DNA from: an uncultured Candidatus Saccharimonadales bacterium
Lineage (GTDB): Bacteria; Patescibacteriota; Saccharimonadia; UBA4664
DNA length: 64,000 bases
Direction of reading: 5' to 3'
Assembly (NCBI GenBank): GCA_964609585.1
Contig: CAZSRA010000006.1
Coordinates: 3,184-67,183 of the forward strand
Numbering within the stretch: position 1 is the first letter of the stretch; the number at the start of each line of letters is the position of its first letter. Shown here piece by piece: positions 47,961-58,057 of this stretch. The notes beneath the pieces are model-generated. The model saw only the letters and a list, made by a program, of their open reading frames with translations, was not told where the DNA came from and did not search any database. The translations under genes were made by a program, and so were the position numbers.

Positions 47961-48736
47961 TGCACTATAAAGACTTGATCCGCGAGCTAGCCGTAACGGA
48001 TTTTAAGCTCAAATACCAAGGATCGGTATTGGGGTATTTGTGGTCGTTTGCGAAGCCACTTATGCTTTTTGGGGTACTGTATGTGGTGTTTACGAAGTTT
48101 GTGCCACTAGGTAAAGGCATTGAGCACTGGCCGCTTTACCTTCTGCTTGGTATCGTCCTATGGAGCTATTTTACTGATTCAACAATGGCAGCTATGAGCT
48201 CAATTGTTGATCGCTCGGACCTTATTCGTAAGGTGTATTTTCCACGTATAGTGATCGTGATTGCGGCCAGCATCAGCTCACTCATTACTTTAGTGCTAAA
48301 CCTGATGGTGATTTTGGTATTTATGATTGTGGCGCGGGTTCATGCCCACCTTTCATTTCCACTATTTGGGCTTTTAGTGGTAGAGCTCTATATTTTGTCG
48401 CTGGGATGCTCTCTTTTGCTCTCGGCTTTGTATGTAAAGTTTCGCGACTTCCGGCACATTTGGGAGGTAGCTTTGCAAATTCTATTCTATGCTTCAGCGA
48501 TTATTTATCCCCTGAACTTCTTGCCATCGCGAGCAGTGCCCTTTTTGCTTCTTAACCCGGTGGCTCAGATTATCCAAGATTCACGGTGGCTCTTGATTAC
48601 CCACCAAGCGATCACGCCCGCCATGAAGGTGTGGGCGCCCTGGGTGTTTATTCCTTATGTTTTGCCGCTCGTGATTCTGGGGATTGGCTACAGCTATTTC
48701 AACCGCGCGGCAGCGGCATTTGCGGAGGAGATCTAG
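47960..48736 (+). CDS. wzm: Polysaccharide ABC exporter permease
   Basis: DFKLKYQGSVLGYLWS, KVYFP, FRDF, NP; 6 TM. Confidence 0.93.
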   Translation: MHYKDLIRELAVTDFKLKYQGSVLGYLWSFAKPLMLFGVLYVVFTKFVPLGKGIEHWPLYLLLGIVLWSYFTDSTMAAMSSIVDRSDLIRKVYFPRIVIVIAASISSLITLVLNLMVILVFMIVARVHAHLSFPLFGLLVVELYILSLGCSLLLSALYVKFRDFRHIWEVALQILFYASAIIYPLNFLPSRAVPFLLLNPVAQIIQDSRWLLITHQAITPAMKVWAPWVFIPYVLPLVILGIGYSYFNRAAAAFAEEI

Positions 48737-48737
48737 C

Positions 48738-49949
48738 ATGAGTAAGGAAAAAGAAATCGTAGTATCGGTTGATAAAGTAGGTAAGGTTTTTCGCATCCCT
48801 CATGAGCGGCACAATTCACTTAAATCGTCGTTTTTGAAGGGTCTGCGCAATCGGGGCTATCGACGCTTTGAGGCTATTGAAGAAGTGAGTTTCGACATCC
48901 GAGCCGGCGAGTTTTTTGGCATTATTGGTCAGAATGGCAGTGGCAAAAGTACTTTGCTGAAGATTTTGGCCGGTATCTATACTCCAAGCAAGGGAAAGGT
49001 GCACATTAACGGGCGGCTTTCACCCTTCATTGAGCTTGGAGTGGGCTTTAATCCCGAACTCACGGCGGCGGAAAATATTTATCTCAATGGTGCCATCTTG
49101 GGGTTAACGCGACCCGAAATAGAGGCAAAATTTGACGAGATTATTCAGTTTGCCGAGCTTGAAGAATTTGTGGACCAAAAATTAAAGAACTTTTCTTCGG
49201 GCATGTTGGTGCGACTGGCGTTTTCGGTAGCCATTCGTGCTCACGCAGATATTTTACTCATTGACGAAGTGCTGGCGGTGGGAGACTCGAACTTCCAACA
49301 AAAGTGCTACGACGTTTTCCGGAGGCTCAAGGCTGAAGGCCGGACGATTATTTTTGTGAGCCATGATTTGGCTTCGATTAGCGAGTTTTCGGACCGCGTC
49401 TTGCTTTTGAACAAAGGCCGCGCATACGGAATATTTAGTGCCAGTAAGGCGATTGCCAAATATTCTTTGCTAAATCAAGAGCGCACCACAAAGGAGCTGG
49501 AAAAGCTCGGGAACTTAGTGGAAGGTGGTAAGCAAAGCGAAAGACCTCATGCCGCCAAGCTGGAACTGCTCGATGAACACGGAAATAAGACGCGCGTAGT
49601 GGAGCGCGATCACCCTTTGCGCGCACGCATTACGGTTTCGAACCCCTCCAAGCTGCCGCTGGCCGTAGGACTCGCCATCTATCGTATCGCTGACGGATTT
49701 TATTGTTTTGGAACCAATACGGGGGTCGATAAAATTACCCTCAAACCCGAGACCACTCAAGTAATTGAGCTTCTCTACCCGTCACTACCACTTCAGAGAG
49801 GAACCTACGATCTAACCGTTGGGATCTTTGACCCGAAGCTGCGCGAAGTGTATGAAATGACGGAACATGTTTTGGACTTTCAGGTAGTTCAAACGGATGG
49901 CACCGAGGGTATCACCTACATTGAGCATTCTTGGGAACAGAATAAATAG
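48738..49949 (+). CDS. wzt: Polysaccharide ABC exporter ATPase with C-terminal Wzt_C domain
   Basis: GQNGSGKST, FSSGM..RLAF, LIDEVLAVGD..FQ.KC, VSHD; extra ~150-aa C-terminal beta domain (L..G.Y). Confidence 0.93.
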   Translation: MSKEKEIVVSVDKVGKVFRIPHERHNSLKSSFLKGLRNRGYRRFEAIEEVSFDIRAGEFFGIIGQNGSGKSTLLKILAGIYTPSKGKVHINGRLSPFIELGVGFNPELTAAENIYLNGAILGLTRPEIEAKFDEIIQFAELEEFVDQKLKNFSSGMLVRLAFSVAIRAHADILLIDEVLAVGDSNFQQKCYDVFRRLKAEGRTIIFVSHDLASISEFSDRVLLLNKGRAYGIFSASKAIAKYSLLNQERTTKELEKLGNLVEGGKQSERPHAAKLELLDEHGNKTRVVERDHPLRARITVSNPSKLPLAVGLAIYRIADGFYCFGTNTGVDKITLKPETTQVIELLYPSLPLQRGTYDLTVGIFDPKLREVYEMTEHVLDFQVVQTDGTEGITYIEHSWEQNK

Positions 49950-49951
49950 CC

Positions 49952-50917
49952 ATGAAGGCTACCATTGTTGTTTTGACGTTTAACGCCGCACCGTGGATTC
50001 GGGCCTTACTGGAGGGTTGTGAGCGGCAGAAGGCTTCGTTTGCCTATGAGGTGCTGGTTATCGATTCAGGATCGGTAGATGGAACCCTAGACATCATTAA
50101 AGAATTTTCGGCGGTACGGCTTCACCAGATACCAAACTCCGAATTTGGCCATGGAAAAACGCGCAACCTAGGGGCAAAATTAGCCAAGGGCGAGTTTGTG
50201 GTTTATTTGACACACGATGCAGTGCCGGCCACCGAACATTGGCTTGAAGAGATGGTACGTCCCTTTGATTTGAACCCAAAGGTGATGGCAGTCTTCGGCA
50301 AGCAAATACCGCGCCCAGATTGCTGTCCAACAGTGAAACGAGATGTAATTGGACTATTTTCGACCTTTGGGCCAGATCATTTCACGATGGTGCAGCAGGC
50401 GAACCCAACCATTACCGACCAGGCCTCGCGGGATGCCATTGGCTTCTATTCGGACGTGAATTCGGCCACGCGGCGGGACTTTATTTTAAATCTCGTCCCC
50501 TACCAGGACCTTGATTATGCTGAGGATCAGGCTTTTGGCGGGGATGTGATCGAGGGTGGTTACATTAAGGTGTATGCTCCGCTCGGGGCCGTGATTCATT
50601 CGCATAGCTACCCGCCACTTAAATATCTGCGCCGAATGTACGATGAAATGGTGGGCCTCAAAAAGGCTACGGGACAAACGCTCGATACTTCGCTGCGCTT
50701 TCATGTTGCTTGGACGTTGAAAGCTACTTTGAAGGACTGGAGATTTATTCTGCGCGATCCAGCCTACCGGACCAAAACCAAGCTGAAGTACTTGTTCCAG
50801 GCACCGTTTTATAACATTTTTCGCCGCCTCGCCATACGTCTTTCGGTACGAAAGCAGATTCCGGGCTGGGCACACAGACTATTATCTCTAGAGGAACAAG
50901 CGAGAAGTAAAACGTAA
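49952..50917 (+). CDS. GT2 glycosyltransferase (rhamnosyltransferase-like)
   Basis: IDSGS.DGT, FGHGKTRN, LTHDA, AED, HSH. Confidence 0.9.
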   Translation: MKATIVVLTFNAAPWIRALLEGCERQKASFAYEVLVIDSGSVDGTLDIIKEFSAVRLHQIPNSEFGHGKTRNLGAKLAKGEFVVYLTHDAVPATEHWLEEMVRPFDLNPKVMAVFGKQIPRPDCCPTVKRDVIGLFSTFGPDHFTMVQQANPTITDQASRDAIGFYSDVNSATRRDFILNLVPYQDLDYAEDQAFGGDVIEGGYIKVYAPLGAVIHSHSYPPLKYLRRMYDEMVGLKKATGQTLDTSLRFHVAWTLKATLKDWRFILRDPAYRTKTKLKYLFQAPFYNIFRRLAIRLSVRKQIPGWAHRLLSLEEQARSKT

Positions 50918-51990
50918 TGAAGATCGTGGTCGTAGTCCCCAACTGGAACGGCATCGACATGATTGAAGAATGCCTTCGTTCGCTAGAGGCCCAGACTATC
51001 GAACATGCGGTGATTGTCGTAGACAACGGCTCAACCGATGGCTCAAATAGCCTTATACACCACAAATTTCCGCACGTGGAATTGCTTGAGTTTTCGGACA
51101 ATGCCGGATTTGCGGGCGGAGTAAACCGCGGAATTCGTCCAGCACTGGAGCGTGGTGTTGATTATATAGCCCTCTTAAATAATGATGCCGTGGCGGATTC
51201 ACGGTGGCTAGAATCTCTCGTTGGCGCACTGGAATCAGAACCCAAGGCGGGTGCCGTGGCAGCAAAAATTCAAACTCAGGACGGCAAACGCCTGGACTCG
51301 ACTGGGGACTTTTATTCAATCTGGGGGCTACCATTTCCGCGGGGCCGCGGCGAGGTTGATGGTGGTCAGTATGATTCCGCTGGGAGTCGGGAGGTATTTG
51401 CTGTTTCGGGAGGGGCGAGCCTGTACCGAGCAGAGATGTTACGGCAAATTGGACTATTTGATGAACTGTTTTTTGCCTACTACGAAGACGTCGATCTGGG
51501 ATTTCGAGCTCAACTTGCGGGCTGGAAAATGATTTATGAACCGAAGGCCGTGGTGAGGCATTACATTGGCGGGACGAGCTCGCGAATCGATGAATACCAA
51601 GAGGGGGAGGACGAGACAACGAAGCCCCGTCCTCAAGACCCAGACCAGAATCGGCCCAGCCCATTTGCCCGCTATCATTCAGTTAAGAATTTTACCTACA
51701 TTTATACCAAAAACATGCCCGGATGGTTGTACTGGAAATATTTGCCTAGATTTTTGACAAGCTGGGGATTGATGATGGCGAGTGATACTCGACGAGGGCT
51801 TATCGTTACCAACCTTAAGGCCAATGGCACGGCTCTTGCCCACGTTGCGGCAATGTTTTTGAAGCGGCGAGCAATACAGAAGGGTCGCAAGATGTCGACT
51901 AGCTACATTGACGGGATTTTGTATCACGCATTCCCGCCCCTTCAGCGCAAGCGTTTTGAAGAAATGGGATTTAGGGGGCAGGCAAAATGA
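50917..51990 (+). CDS. GT2 glycosyltransferase (WbbL-like)
   Basis: NWNG, DNGSTD, N.GFAGG.N.G, LLNND, GLFDE.FFAYYEDVD. Confidence 0.92.
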   Translation: MKIVVVVPNWNGIDMIEECLRSLEAQTIEHAVIVVDNGSTDGSNSLIHHKFPHVELLEFSDNAGFAGGVNRGIRPALERGVDYIALLNNDAVADSRWLESLVGALESEPKAGAVAAKIQTQDGKRLDSTGDFYSIWGLPFPRGRGEVDGGQYDSAGSREVFAVSGGASLYRAEMLRQIGLFDELFFAYYEDVDLGFRAQLAGWKMIYEPKAVVRHYIGGTSSRIDEYQEGEDETTKPRPQDPDQNRPSPFARYHSVKNFTYIYTKNMPGWLYWKYLPRFLTSWGLMMASDTRRGLIVTNLKANGTALAHVAAMFLKRRAIQKGRKMSTSYIDGILYHAFPPLQRKRFEEMGFRGQAK

Positions 51991-53096
51991 GGGTCATAAT
52001 CGACGCGCGAATGCTGTACTGGACGGGCGTGGGACGGTACACAAAGGCGCTGCTAGATGAACTAGAGCACATTGACCACGACAACGAGTATTTCGTGTTG
52101 ATGCGTAGAGCGGATTTTTCTTTGTGGAAGCCCTCGGCGGCTAATTTTAAGCGAATGGAGGTGAATGTTAACCCCTATACTTTCGCGGAGCAGTGGGGTC
52201 TTTACTGGAAGCTGCGCTCGCTTAAGCCGGATTTGGTGCATTTTACGGCACCGAACGCGCCGATGCTGTATCGTAGGCGACGCCTGGTGACGATACATGA
52301 TTTAACGCTACTGGATTTTAATACGAGTCGCGGCAGTGGTTTTGCCAAGTGGTTGCGTGGCCTTAAGCGACTCCCCTTTCGGCTGGTGCTTTGGAATGAC
52401 GTGCGATCGGCGGACGGCATTATGACCGTAACGGAGTATGTGAAGAGGCGGCTTGTCCGAAGATTTGGGACGACGGACGCGAAAATCCACACTTCACTGC
52501 TGGCTGCGGATAAAAATGCGGCAAACCCTGAATCCGTAAAGCGAATGGGTGATTTAGGTGAATATATTTTCTATGTCGGGAATGTTTACCCCTATAAGAA
52601 TGTGGGCTCAACGATTCGAGCCTTGGCCGAGCTTAGGTCGATGCGGCCGAAGTTGAGCTTGGTGATAGCCGGGAAACGAGATGCCTTTACTCGCGATTTG
52701 GAGCTGTTGGCTGATAAATTGGGACTAGCCGGTGCGGTGAAATTTGTGGGTTTTGTGAGCGACGGTGAACTTGTAAATTTGTATAAAGGGGCCGCTGTGT
52801 ACGTAAATCCATCACTATCTGAGGGGTTCGGGCTTCAGGGGCTTGAAGCGATGACACAGGAGGTGCCCGTAGTAAGCTCGAGTGCGACCTGTCTGCCGGA
52901 AGTCTATGGAGATGCTGCGGAGTATTTTGATCCGCTGGATGTGGCCGATCAGGTAAAAGCGATCGCGCGAGTGTTGAACGATGCTAAATTTGCAGATAAT
53001 TTGATAAAGGCGGGGCGGGCTCGAGTGAAGTCATTTTCGTGGCGCAGAATGGCTGAGCAGACGCTTGCGGTCTACCGCGAGATAGAGAAGGGATAG
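51987..53096 (+). CDS. GT4 glycosyltransferase (MtfB-like)
   Basis: DAR...TGVGRY, TIHDL, KN, PSLSEGFGL..LEAM, FSW. Confidence 0.93.
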   Translation: MRVIIDARMLYWTGVGRYTKALLDELEHIDHDNEYFVLMRRADFSLWKPSAANFKRMEVNVNPYTFAEQWGLYWKLRSLKPDLVHFTAPNAPMLYRRRRLVTIHDLTLLDFNTSRGSGFAKWLRGLKRLPFRLVLWNDVRSADGIMTVTEYVKRRLVRRFGTTDAKIHTSLLAADKNAANPESVKRMGDLGEYIFYVGNVYPYKNVGSTIRALAELRSMRPKLSLVIAGKRDAFTRDLELLADKLGLAGAVKFVGFVSDGELVNLYKGAAVYVNPSLSEGFGLQGLEAMTQEVPVVSSSATCLPEVYGDAAEYFDPLDVADQVKAIARVLNDAKFADNLIKAGRARVKSFSWRRMAEQTLAVYREIEKG

Positions 53097-53109
53097 GTCG
53101 TTCGTTTTT

Positions 53110-53565
53110 CTAAGCCGCGGGTTTGACGACGATGCGGCGATCGTGACCGTCGCCGCGAGATTCGGTTTCGACGCCATCGATTTCTCGCAGAGTCATATGC
53201 ACGATGCGACGATCGGCAGGATTCATGGGCTTGAGCTCTTCTTCGGTACCGGATTCCTTGACCCGGGCGGCTATCTCGCGGGCGAGCTCTTCGAGCGATT
53301 GGCGCTGAGCCTCTTTGTAGCCAGCAATGTCAACTAAGACGCGCGGAGCTAGGGTGTCGTGAGCTTTTACCATTTGGTTGAGGATGTATTCAATTGCGCG
53401 GAGAGTATCACCGTGATGACCAATGAGACGCGGGCTAGAGGGCGTGTGATCGATGTTTAACTGAATTCCATCGTCGGTGACATCGGCAGTCGCCTCAACG
53501 TTGACACCAAAGAAGGAGACGAGCTCCTCAAGGCGTAGCTTGGCAAATTCGAGGGTATCACTCAT
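53110..53565 (-). CDS. jag: Jag/KhpB-type RNA-binding protein (KH + R3H, no Jag_N)
   Basis: LIG.HG.TL.A, DI.GY, PM...DRRIVH, ES.G....RRIV. Confidence 0.9.
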   Translation of the reverse strand: MSDTLEFAKLRLEELVSFFGVNVEATADVTDDGIQLNIDHTPSSPRLIGHHGDTLRAIEYILNQMVKAHDTLAPRVLVDIAGYKEAQRQSLEELAREIAARVKESGTEEELKPMNPADRRIVHMTLREIDGVETESRGDGHDRRIVVKPAA

Positions 53566-54350
53566 TTTTTCTTCCTCTTTCCCTTACCTTTGGTGCGACT
53601 TGAGCCTGGAAGAGTTGCGGGGGTGGGAGTGCCATCTTCGAGCTCGCGGACGTCGCGCTTTAGCACGAGGTATTGTTGAAGCACGGCCATGCCACTAGCC
53701 GTAAACCAGTACAGGGGCAGCGCCGAGGGTAGCGACAAACCGATGAAGAAGGTGAGAGCGGGAAATACATAGGTCATGCCGGCCATCATTTGAGCCTGAG
53801 CGTCGCCACCCTGATTTTTGGGGGTAATTTGCTTGGTTTGAACGAACTGGGCGCCGCCGGCGAGAACTGCAAGCAGCGGGGACGGCTTCGTGAGGTCGAT
53901 TACACTCAGTAGAGTGGGCTTAAAATGAGCGTGACTCTTAATGATATCGGCAATGGGCCCCAGGGCCTTTATGGGTGCGTAGGCGATATTTGCGATTTCA
54001 CCCGGCTTTACGATGTCTTTTAACACAATAAAGAGGGCGAAGAAGATCGGGAGCTGGATCAATAAGGGCAAAAAGGAGGCGAAAGGATTGATTTCACGCT
54101 CTTTGTAGAGCTCCATGGTGAGTTTACCTTCGAGGGTTTTGTCGCCAGCAGCCTGGGATTTGATGCGCTTGAGTTCGGGCTGCAGCTCCTGGAGGGCTCG
54201 CTGGGAATGGAGTTGGCGCGTGACGAGAGGCCACAAGAGACCACGAATGACAATTGTGAGGAGAACAATCGCGAGGCCAAAATCATGAACGAGAGCATAA
54301 AGGGCAGCGAGCAAATTGAAAATGGGGTGGACGAGAATGGTGTTAAACAT
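53562..54350 (-). CDS. yidC: Membrane protein insertase YidC
   Basis: G.AIV.LT..IR..LWP, LQP, LYK...INP, LP.LIQLPI, LYW, QQ. Confidence 0.95.
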   Translation of the reverse strand: MFNTILVHPIFNLLAALYALVHDFGLAIVLLTIVIRGLLWPLVTRQLHSQRALQELQPELKRIKSQAAGDKTLEGKLTMELYKEREINPFASFLPLLIQLPIFFALFIVLKDIVKPGEIANIAYAPIKALGPIADIIKSHAHFKPTLLSVIDLTKPSPLLAVLAGGAQFVQTKQITPKNQGGDAQAQMMAGMTYVFPALTFFIGLSLPSALPLYWFTASGMAVLQQYLVLKRDVRELEDGTPTPATLPGSSRTKGKGKRKKK

Positions 54351-54377
54351 GGATTATGAAGCTCCCGAAAACAATTT

Positions 54378-54725
54378 TTAACTCTTGGTGATGCCGGCGC
54401 GGGCAAAAGCCCTAGTGAGGTGCTCCTTTAGGGTGGGAGATGGGAGCTCACTGATGTCGGTGTGAACACTTACTACTATATCGTAACCTGGCGCGACTGT
54501 CTCCAGGCTGGCGGCGAGTAGACCAAGAATGCGCCTGCGGATACGATTACGAACAACGGCTCGTTTGCTAACTTTTTTGCCGACCACAACGACAATACGG
54601 GAACCTGAGCGGCCGGTGGGTGCGGCCTTGACGGACAGCACGCCACTCGACCCACCATATGCTCCTCGCTTGTAAACACGAGCAATATCGCCGGCAGAGC
54701 GCAGACGATTTGCTCGCCCTAGCAC
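54378..54725 (-). CDS. rnpA: RNase P protein component
   Basis: RL...DI..VY..G, KKVSKRAVVRNRIRR (RNR motif), GYDIV. Confidence 0.95.
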   Translation of the reverse strand: MLGRANRLRSAGDIARVYKRGAYGGSSGVLSVKAAPTGRSGSRIVVVVGKKVSKRAVVRNRIRRRILGLLAASLETVAPGYDIVVSVHTDISELPSPTLKEHLTRAFARAGITKS

Positions 54726-54729
54726 GAGA

Positions 54730-54867
54730 CTAGATCGCGACGCGGGCGCGGCCCTTGAGGCGGCGGCGCTTTAATACGAGCTGGCCAGCACGAGTAGCCA
54801 TGCGTTGAATAAACCCATGAACTCGTTGGCGGCGGCGTTTCTTTGGCTGGTACGTTCGCTTTGACAT
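54730..54867 (-). CDS. rpmH: 50S ribosomal protein L34
   Basis: Below ORF-track cutoff; hand translation [45 protein letters not shown]. Confidence 0.97.
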   Translation of the reverse strand: MSKRTYQPKKRRRQRVHGFIQRMATRAGQLVLKRRRLKGRARVAI

Positions 54868-54876
54868 AACTTGGGT

Positions 54877-54905
54877 ACTTTACACTATCTGGGGGCGGGG
54901 GTCAA
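54877..54905 (-). promoter_or_regulatory. Putative rpmH promoter
   Basis: TTGACC-N17-TAAAGT, 9 nt upstream of ATG. Confidence 0.55.
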
Positions 54906-55019
54906 TGACTTGGAGCTTTCTGCTTTTGGCCGTTCGATAACTCCCGGTGGGTCGTTCACGAACTCGTCCTCTTTGCTGAGTGGGTGTTTAGCGTGTCTGG
55001 CGCTCACTTCCCCGCCAGG

Positions 55020-55200
55020 AGTTATCTGCACTGCGACACCCATCGCGTAACAGCAGCGAGTTTGTCCCAGGCTTTTCCCCATATTTATGTGGAGTTTTCC
55101 ACCGATTCTCTATCTGTTGAGAGAGTTTTCTGTGCATAAAGGAGCGCTTATCCCGGCAGTCCAGATTGGCGTTGTGGAAAAGGCTCGTGCTCTTTATGAT
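55020..55200. promoter_or_regulatory. DnaA-box cluster upstream of dnaA
   Basis: Perfect TTWTNCACA matches on the minus strand at 55131-55139 (TGTGCATAA) and 55173-55181 (TGTGGAAAA), plus degenerate TTATCTGCA and TTTTCCACC. Confidence 0.75.
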
Positions 55201-55228
55201 AGGTGTAACGTTAGGAGTTCGAAGAGGC

Positions 55229-56644
55229 ATGAATGATGTGAAGGGGATGTGGCAATCCGTGCTCGGTGAGCTGGAGGTTTCCATTACGGGGGCGAATTTT
55301 AATACCTGGTTTAGGCAGACATCCATTCTCTCGAATGAGGGTGGTTATGTGGTGATCGCGGTGCCAAACGTAATCACGAAGCAGTGGCTCGAAAAGAAGT
55401 TTCACGCCAACATTAAGGAAGCGCTGGTGCGAGCCGACCGGAGCATTCATACAGTTCAGTACAAGGTCGGCAGCGGCACAGCAAGTGAGAAGCCCTTGGC
55501 GCAAGCTTCGGGCGCACTCACGGCCAAGAAGCCGTCGGGAACCCGGAGCGGTGAGGCGGGAGCGGGTACACCCCCAAGGCAAACCTCACTTCCGACGGCC
55601 CCCGTGAATCATTCGAATTTAAATCCGCGTTATACTTTCGAGAGTTTTGTGGTGGGGTCGAGCAACGACTTTGCTCACGCCGCTTGCCAAGCGGTGGCGA
55701 AGAGCCCGGGCACGAAATATAATCCCCTCTTTATGTATGGCGGGACGGGACTCGGAAAAACCCACCTGATGCAGGCGGTAGGTAACGCGATCATTAAGCA
55801 CGATCCAAGCAAGCGGATCGAGTATGTGACGAGTGAGACGTTTACGAATGAGTTTATCTCGGGAATCATGAAGAAAAAGGCGGGAGCGTTTGCCGAAAAA
55901 TATCGGGCGGTGGATGTGCTGATCATTGATGATATTCAATTTTTGGCCCGAGCCGAGAAGACGCAGGATGAATTCTTCCATACATTTAACGCTCTGCATC
56001 AGGCGAATAAGCAAATTATTATCTCGAGCGATAAGCCGCCACAGGCACTAATGGGCTTAGAAGAACGGCTGCGAAGCCGGTTTGAAATGGGCATTACCGT
56101 GGATATTCAGCCCCCCGATCTGGAAACGCGGCAGGCGATTATTCAGAATAAAGCTCAGAGCCAGGGAATCGTACTACCCCTAGAGGTGGTGGACTATATC
56201 GCCCGGCACGCTCAAAGCAATGTGCGGGAGCTGGAAGGGATTTTAACCAAGATTGCCGCGGCCACAGAGCACCAGGGCGGTGAAGTGAGCTTGGCCCGGA
56301 TTCAGCATCTGCTAGCGGTGGACGTGGCGGCCAGGCCAAAGCTGCGGCCGATTTCGCCGAAAGTGATCATTGAGCGGGTGGCGGCGTATTTCGACCTACA
56401 GGTGAGTGAGATTTGCGGGTCAAAGCGAGACAAGGAGATCGTAGTGCCCAGACAGGTAACTATGTACCTCTTGCGAGAGGAGCTGGGACTGAGCTACCCG
56501 AAGATTGCGGCGGCCATTGGTGGGCGCGATCATACTACGGCAATGCACTCGGTGACAAAGATCGAGAAGCTCGTGGAGACGGACGACAATTTACGCAGCG
56601 ATATTCTGGCGATTCGCGAGAGGCTAAATGCGGTTTCGGTTTAG
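55229..56644 (+). CDS. dnaA: Chromosomal replication initiator DnaA
   Basis: F.TWF, LNPRYTFESFV.G.SN, YNPLF.YG.TGLGKTHL, IDDIQF, RL.SRF, NVRELEG, GGRDHTT. Confidence 0.98.
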   Translation: MNDVKGMWQSVLGELEVSITGANFNTWFRQTSILSNEGGYVVIAVPNVITKQWLEKKFHANIKEALVRADRSIHTVQYKVGSGTASEKPLAQASGALTAKKPSGTRSGEAGAGTPPRQTSLPTAPVNHSNLNPRYTFESFVVGSSNDFAHAACQAVAKSPGTKYNPLFMYGGTGLGKTHLMQAVGNAIIKHDPSKRIEYVTSETFTNEFISGIMKKKAGAFAEKYRAVDVLIIDDIQFLARAEKTQDEFFHTFNALHQANKQIIISSDKPPQALMGLEERLRSRFEMGITVDIQPPDLETRQAIIQNKAQSQGIVLPLEVVDYIARHAQSNVRELEGILTKIAAATEHQGGEVSLARIQHLLAVDVAARPKLRPISPKVIIERVAAYFDLQVSEICGSKRDKEIVVPRQVTMYLLREELGLSYPKIAAAIGGRDHTTAMHSVTKIEKLVETDDNLRSDILAIRERLNAVSV

Positions 56645-56937
56645 CGTAAGTGTTATCCCCATGGGGGGATAAGTCGTGTGGATAAGGGGGTGGATGGAGT
56701 GTTGGAAAATGACGGATTTCGAAGGGTAATCCCCAGGGGTATGGCCGACCGTCCACAGAGCATCCACGATTCATCCCCACAAGTAGACACAGGTTTTCCC
56801 CGGAAAGGACAAGCAGTTTGCTTCAAGAGGGAGCCAAAAAACGACTTTTACCCAGTTTGCACAGGTCTTATGATTACTACGATTACTTTTAATTAATATA
56901 TGTATACTGAAGAAAGACGGATAAGGGGAGGATAAGT
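56645..56937. other. oriC-like region (DnaA boxes, DnaA-trios, AT-rich DUE)
   Basis: TTATCCCCA 56653, perfect TGTGGATAA 56677-56685, several degenerate boxes, GTTTGCACA 56855-56863, then TAT-GAT-TAC-TAC-GAT-TAC (56869-56886) and AATTAATATATGTATA. Confidence 0.75.
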
Positions 56938-58047
56938 TTGAAGCTCAGTTTAACCCAGGAAAATTTATCGCGAGCGCTTAGTAGTGTGGGTCGAGTGGTG
57001 TCGACACGAGCAAGCCTACCGGTGCTGTCCAACATCTTGCTAGCGACCGACGGGAATCGTTTGCGGCTTTCGGCGACTAACCTTGAGATCGGCATTAACT
57101 ACTGGATTGGTTCAAGGGTGGAGGCTCAAGGGTCACTAACGGTCCCGGCTCGCCTCTTCGCTGAGTTTGTGTCGAGTCTGCCTCATGGGAACATTGATCT
57201 TTCGGGGGTAGATAGTGTGCTGACGATAAAAACGCCGCACTACGAGTCGAAGATTAATGGCATCTCAGCCGAAGAGTTTCCTTCGATACCGACGGTGTCG
57301 AGTGATCCCGTGCTCGTACTTCCGGCCGGCACTTTCCGTGATGGGTTGGCCCAAGTAGTGGTGGCGGCTTCTGCCGACGAGGCGCGGCCCGTTTTGGCGG
57401 GAGTTTATCTGTACATTGAAGAGGGCGCGCTTTTTATGGTGGCTACCGATTCGTACCGGTTGGCCGAGAAGCGTTTGGAGCTGTCTGGTGATGTTCCGGA
57501 GGCGTTTTCGGTACTGGTGCCGGCTCGCACGATTCAGGAGCTTGTGAAGCTTCTGGGCGACTCTGAGGGCGAGGTGGAAGTGTATGTGGATGAGAATCAG
57601 GTGATGTTTCGGACGGGTGATGTGGAGCTGGTGTCGCGGTTGATCGAAGGGCAATTCCCCTCTTACCGGCGGATTATTCCCGAGCATGCTGAGACGTCCT
57701 TTGATATTGCGACGGCAGAGCTGGCGCGGATTACGAAGGTGGCGAGCTTGTTTGCGCGCGAAAGTGCGGGGAGTGTGCGGCTTGAGATTAAGGCCGAGGG
57801 CGAAGTGAGTGTGGTGTCGAATGACTCGGAAGTGGGGGGCAATACGTCGTCTGCGGAGTGTGAGGTGGCGGGTGGAGACGGGGAAATTTCTCTGAACGCC
57901 CGGTATTTGACGGATGCGTTGGCTGCGATGAAGTGTCCGAGCGTGACGGTAGCAATTACCGACAAGCTGAGTCCGTGCGTGATTTCGCCGGGTGGTGAGG
58001 ATGCAGCGGACGACTACATTCACATTGTGATGCCGCTGCGGACGTAG
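56938..58047 (+). CDS. dnaN: DNA polymerase III beta clamp
   Basis: LPVLSNIL, ATNLE, RPVL.G, VATDSYRL, SRLIEG.FP.Y, N..YL, VMPLR. Confidence 0.97.
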   Translation: MKLSLTQENLSRALSSVGRVVSTRASLPVLSNILLATDGNRLRLSATNLEIGINYWIGSRVEAQGSLTVPARLFAEFVSSLPHGNIDLSGVDSVLTIKTPHYESKINGISAEEFPSIPTVSSDPVLVLPAGTFRDGLAQVVVAASADEARPVLAGVYLYIEEGALFMVATDSYRLAEKRLELSGDVPEAFSVLVPARTIQELVKLLGDSEGEVEVYVDENQVMFRTGDVELVSRLIEGQFPSYRRIIPEHAETSFDIATAELARITKVASLFARESAGSVRLEIKAEGEVSVVSNDSEVGGNTSSAECEVAGGDGEISLNARYLTDALAAMKCPSVTVAITDKLSPCVISPGGEDAADDYIHIVMPLRT

Positions 58048-58057
58048 CTTTTATTGC

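Noticed and set aside
56645-56937. CRISPR-like short repeats
   Set aside because: The repeats are 9-mer DnaA boxes with irregular spacing; no array or cas genes seen anywhere in the window.
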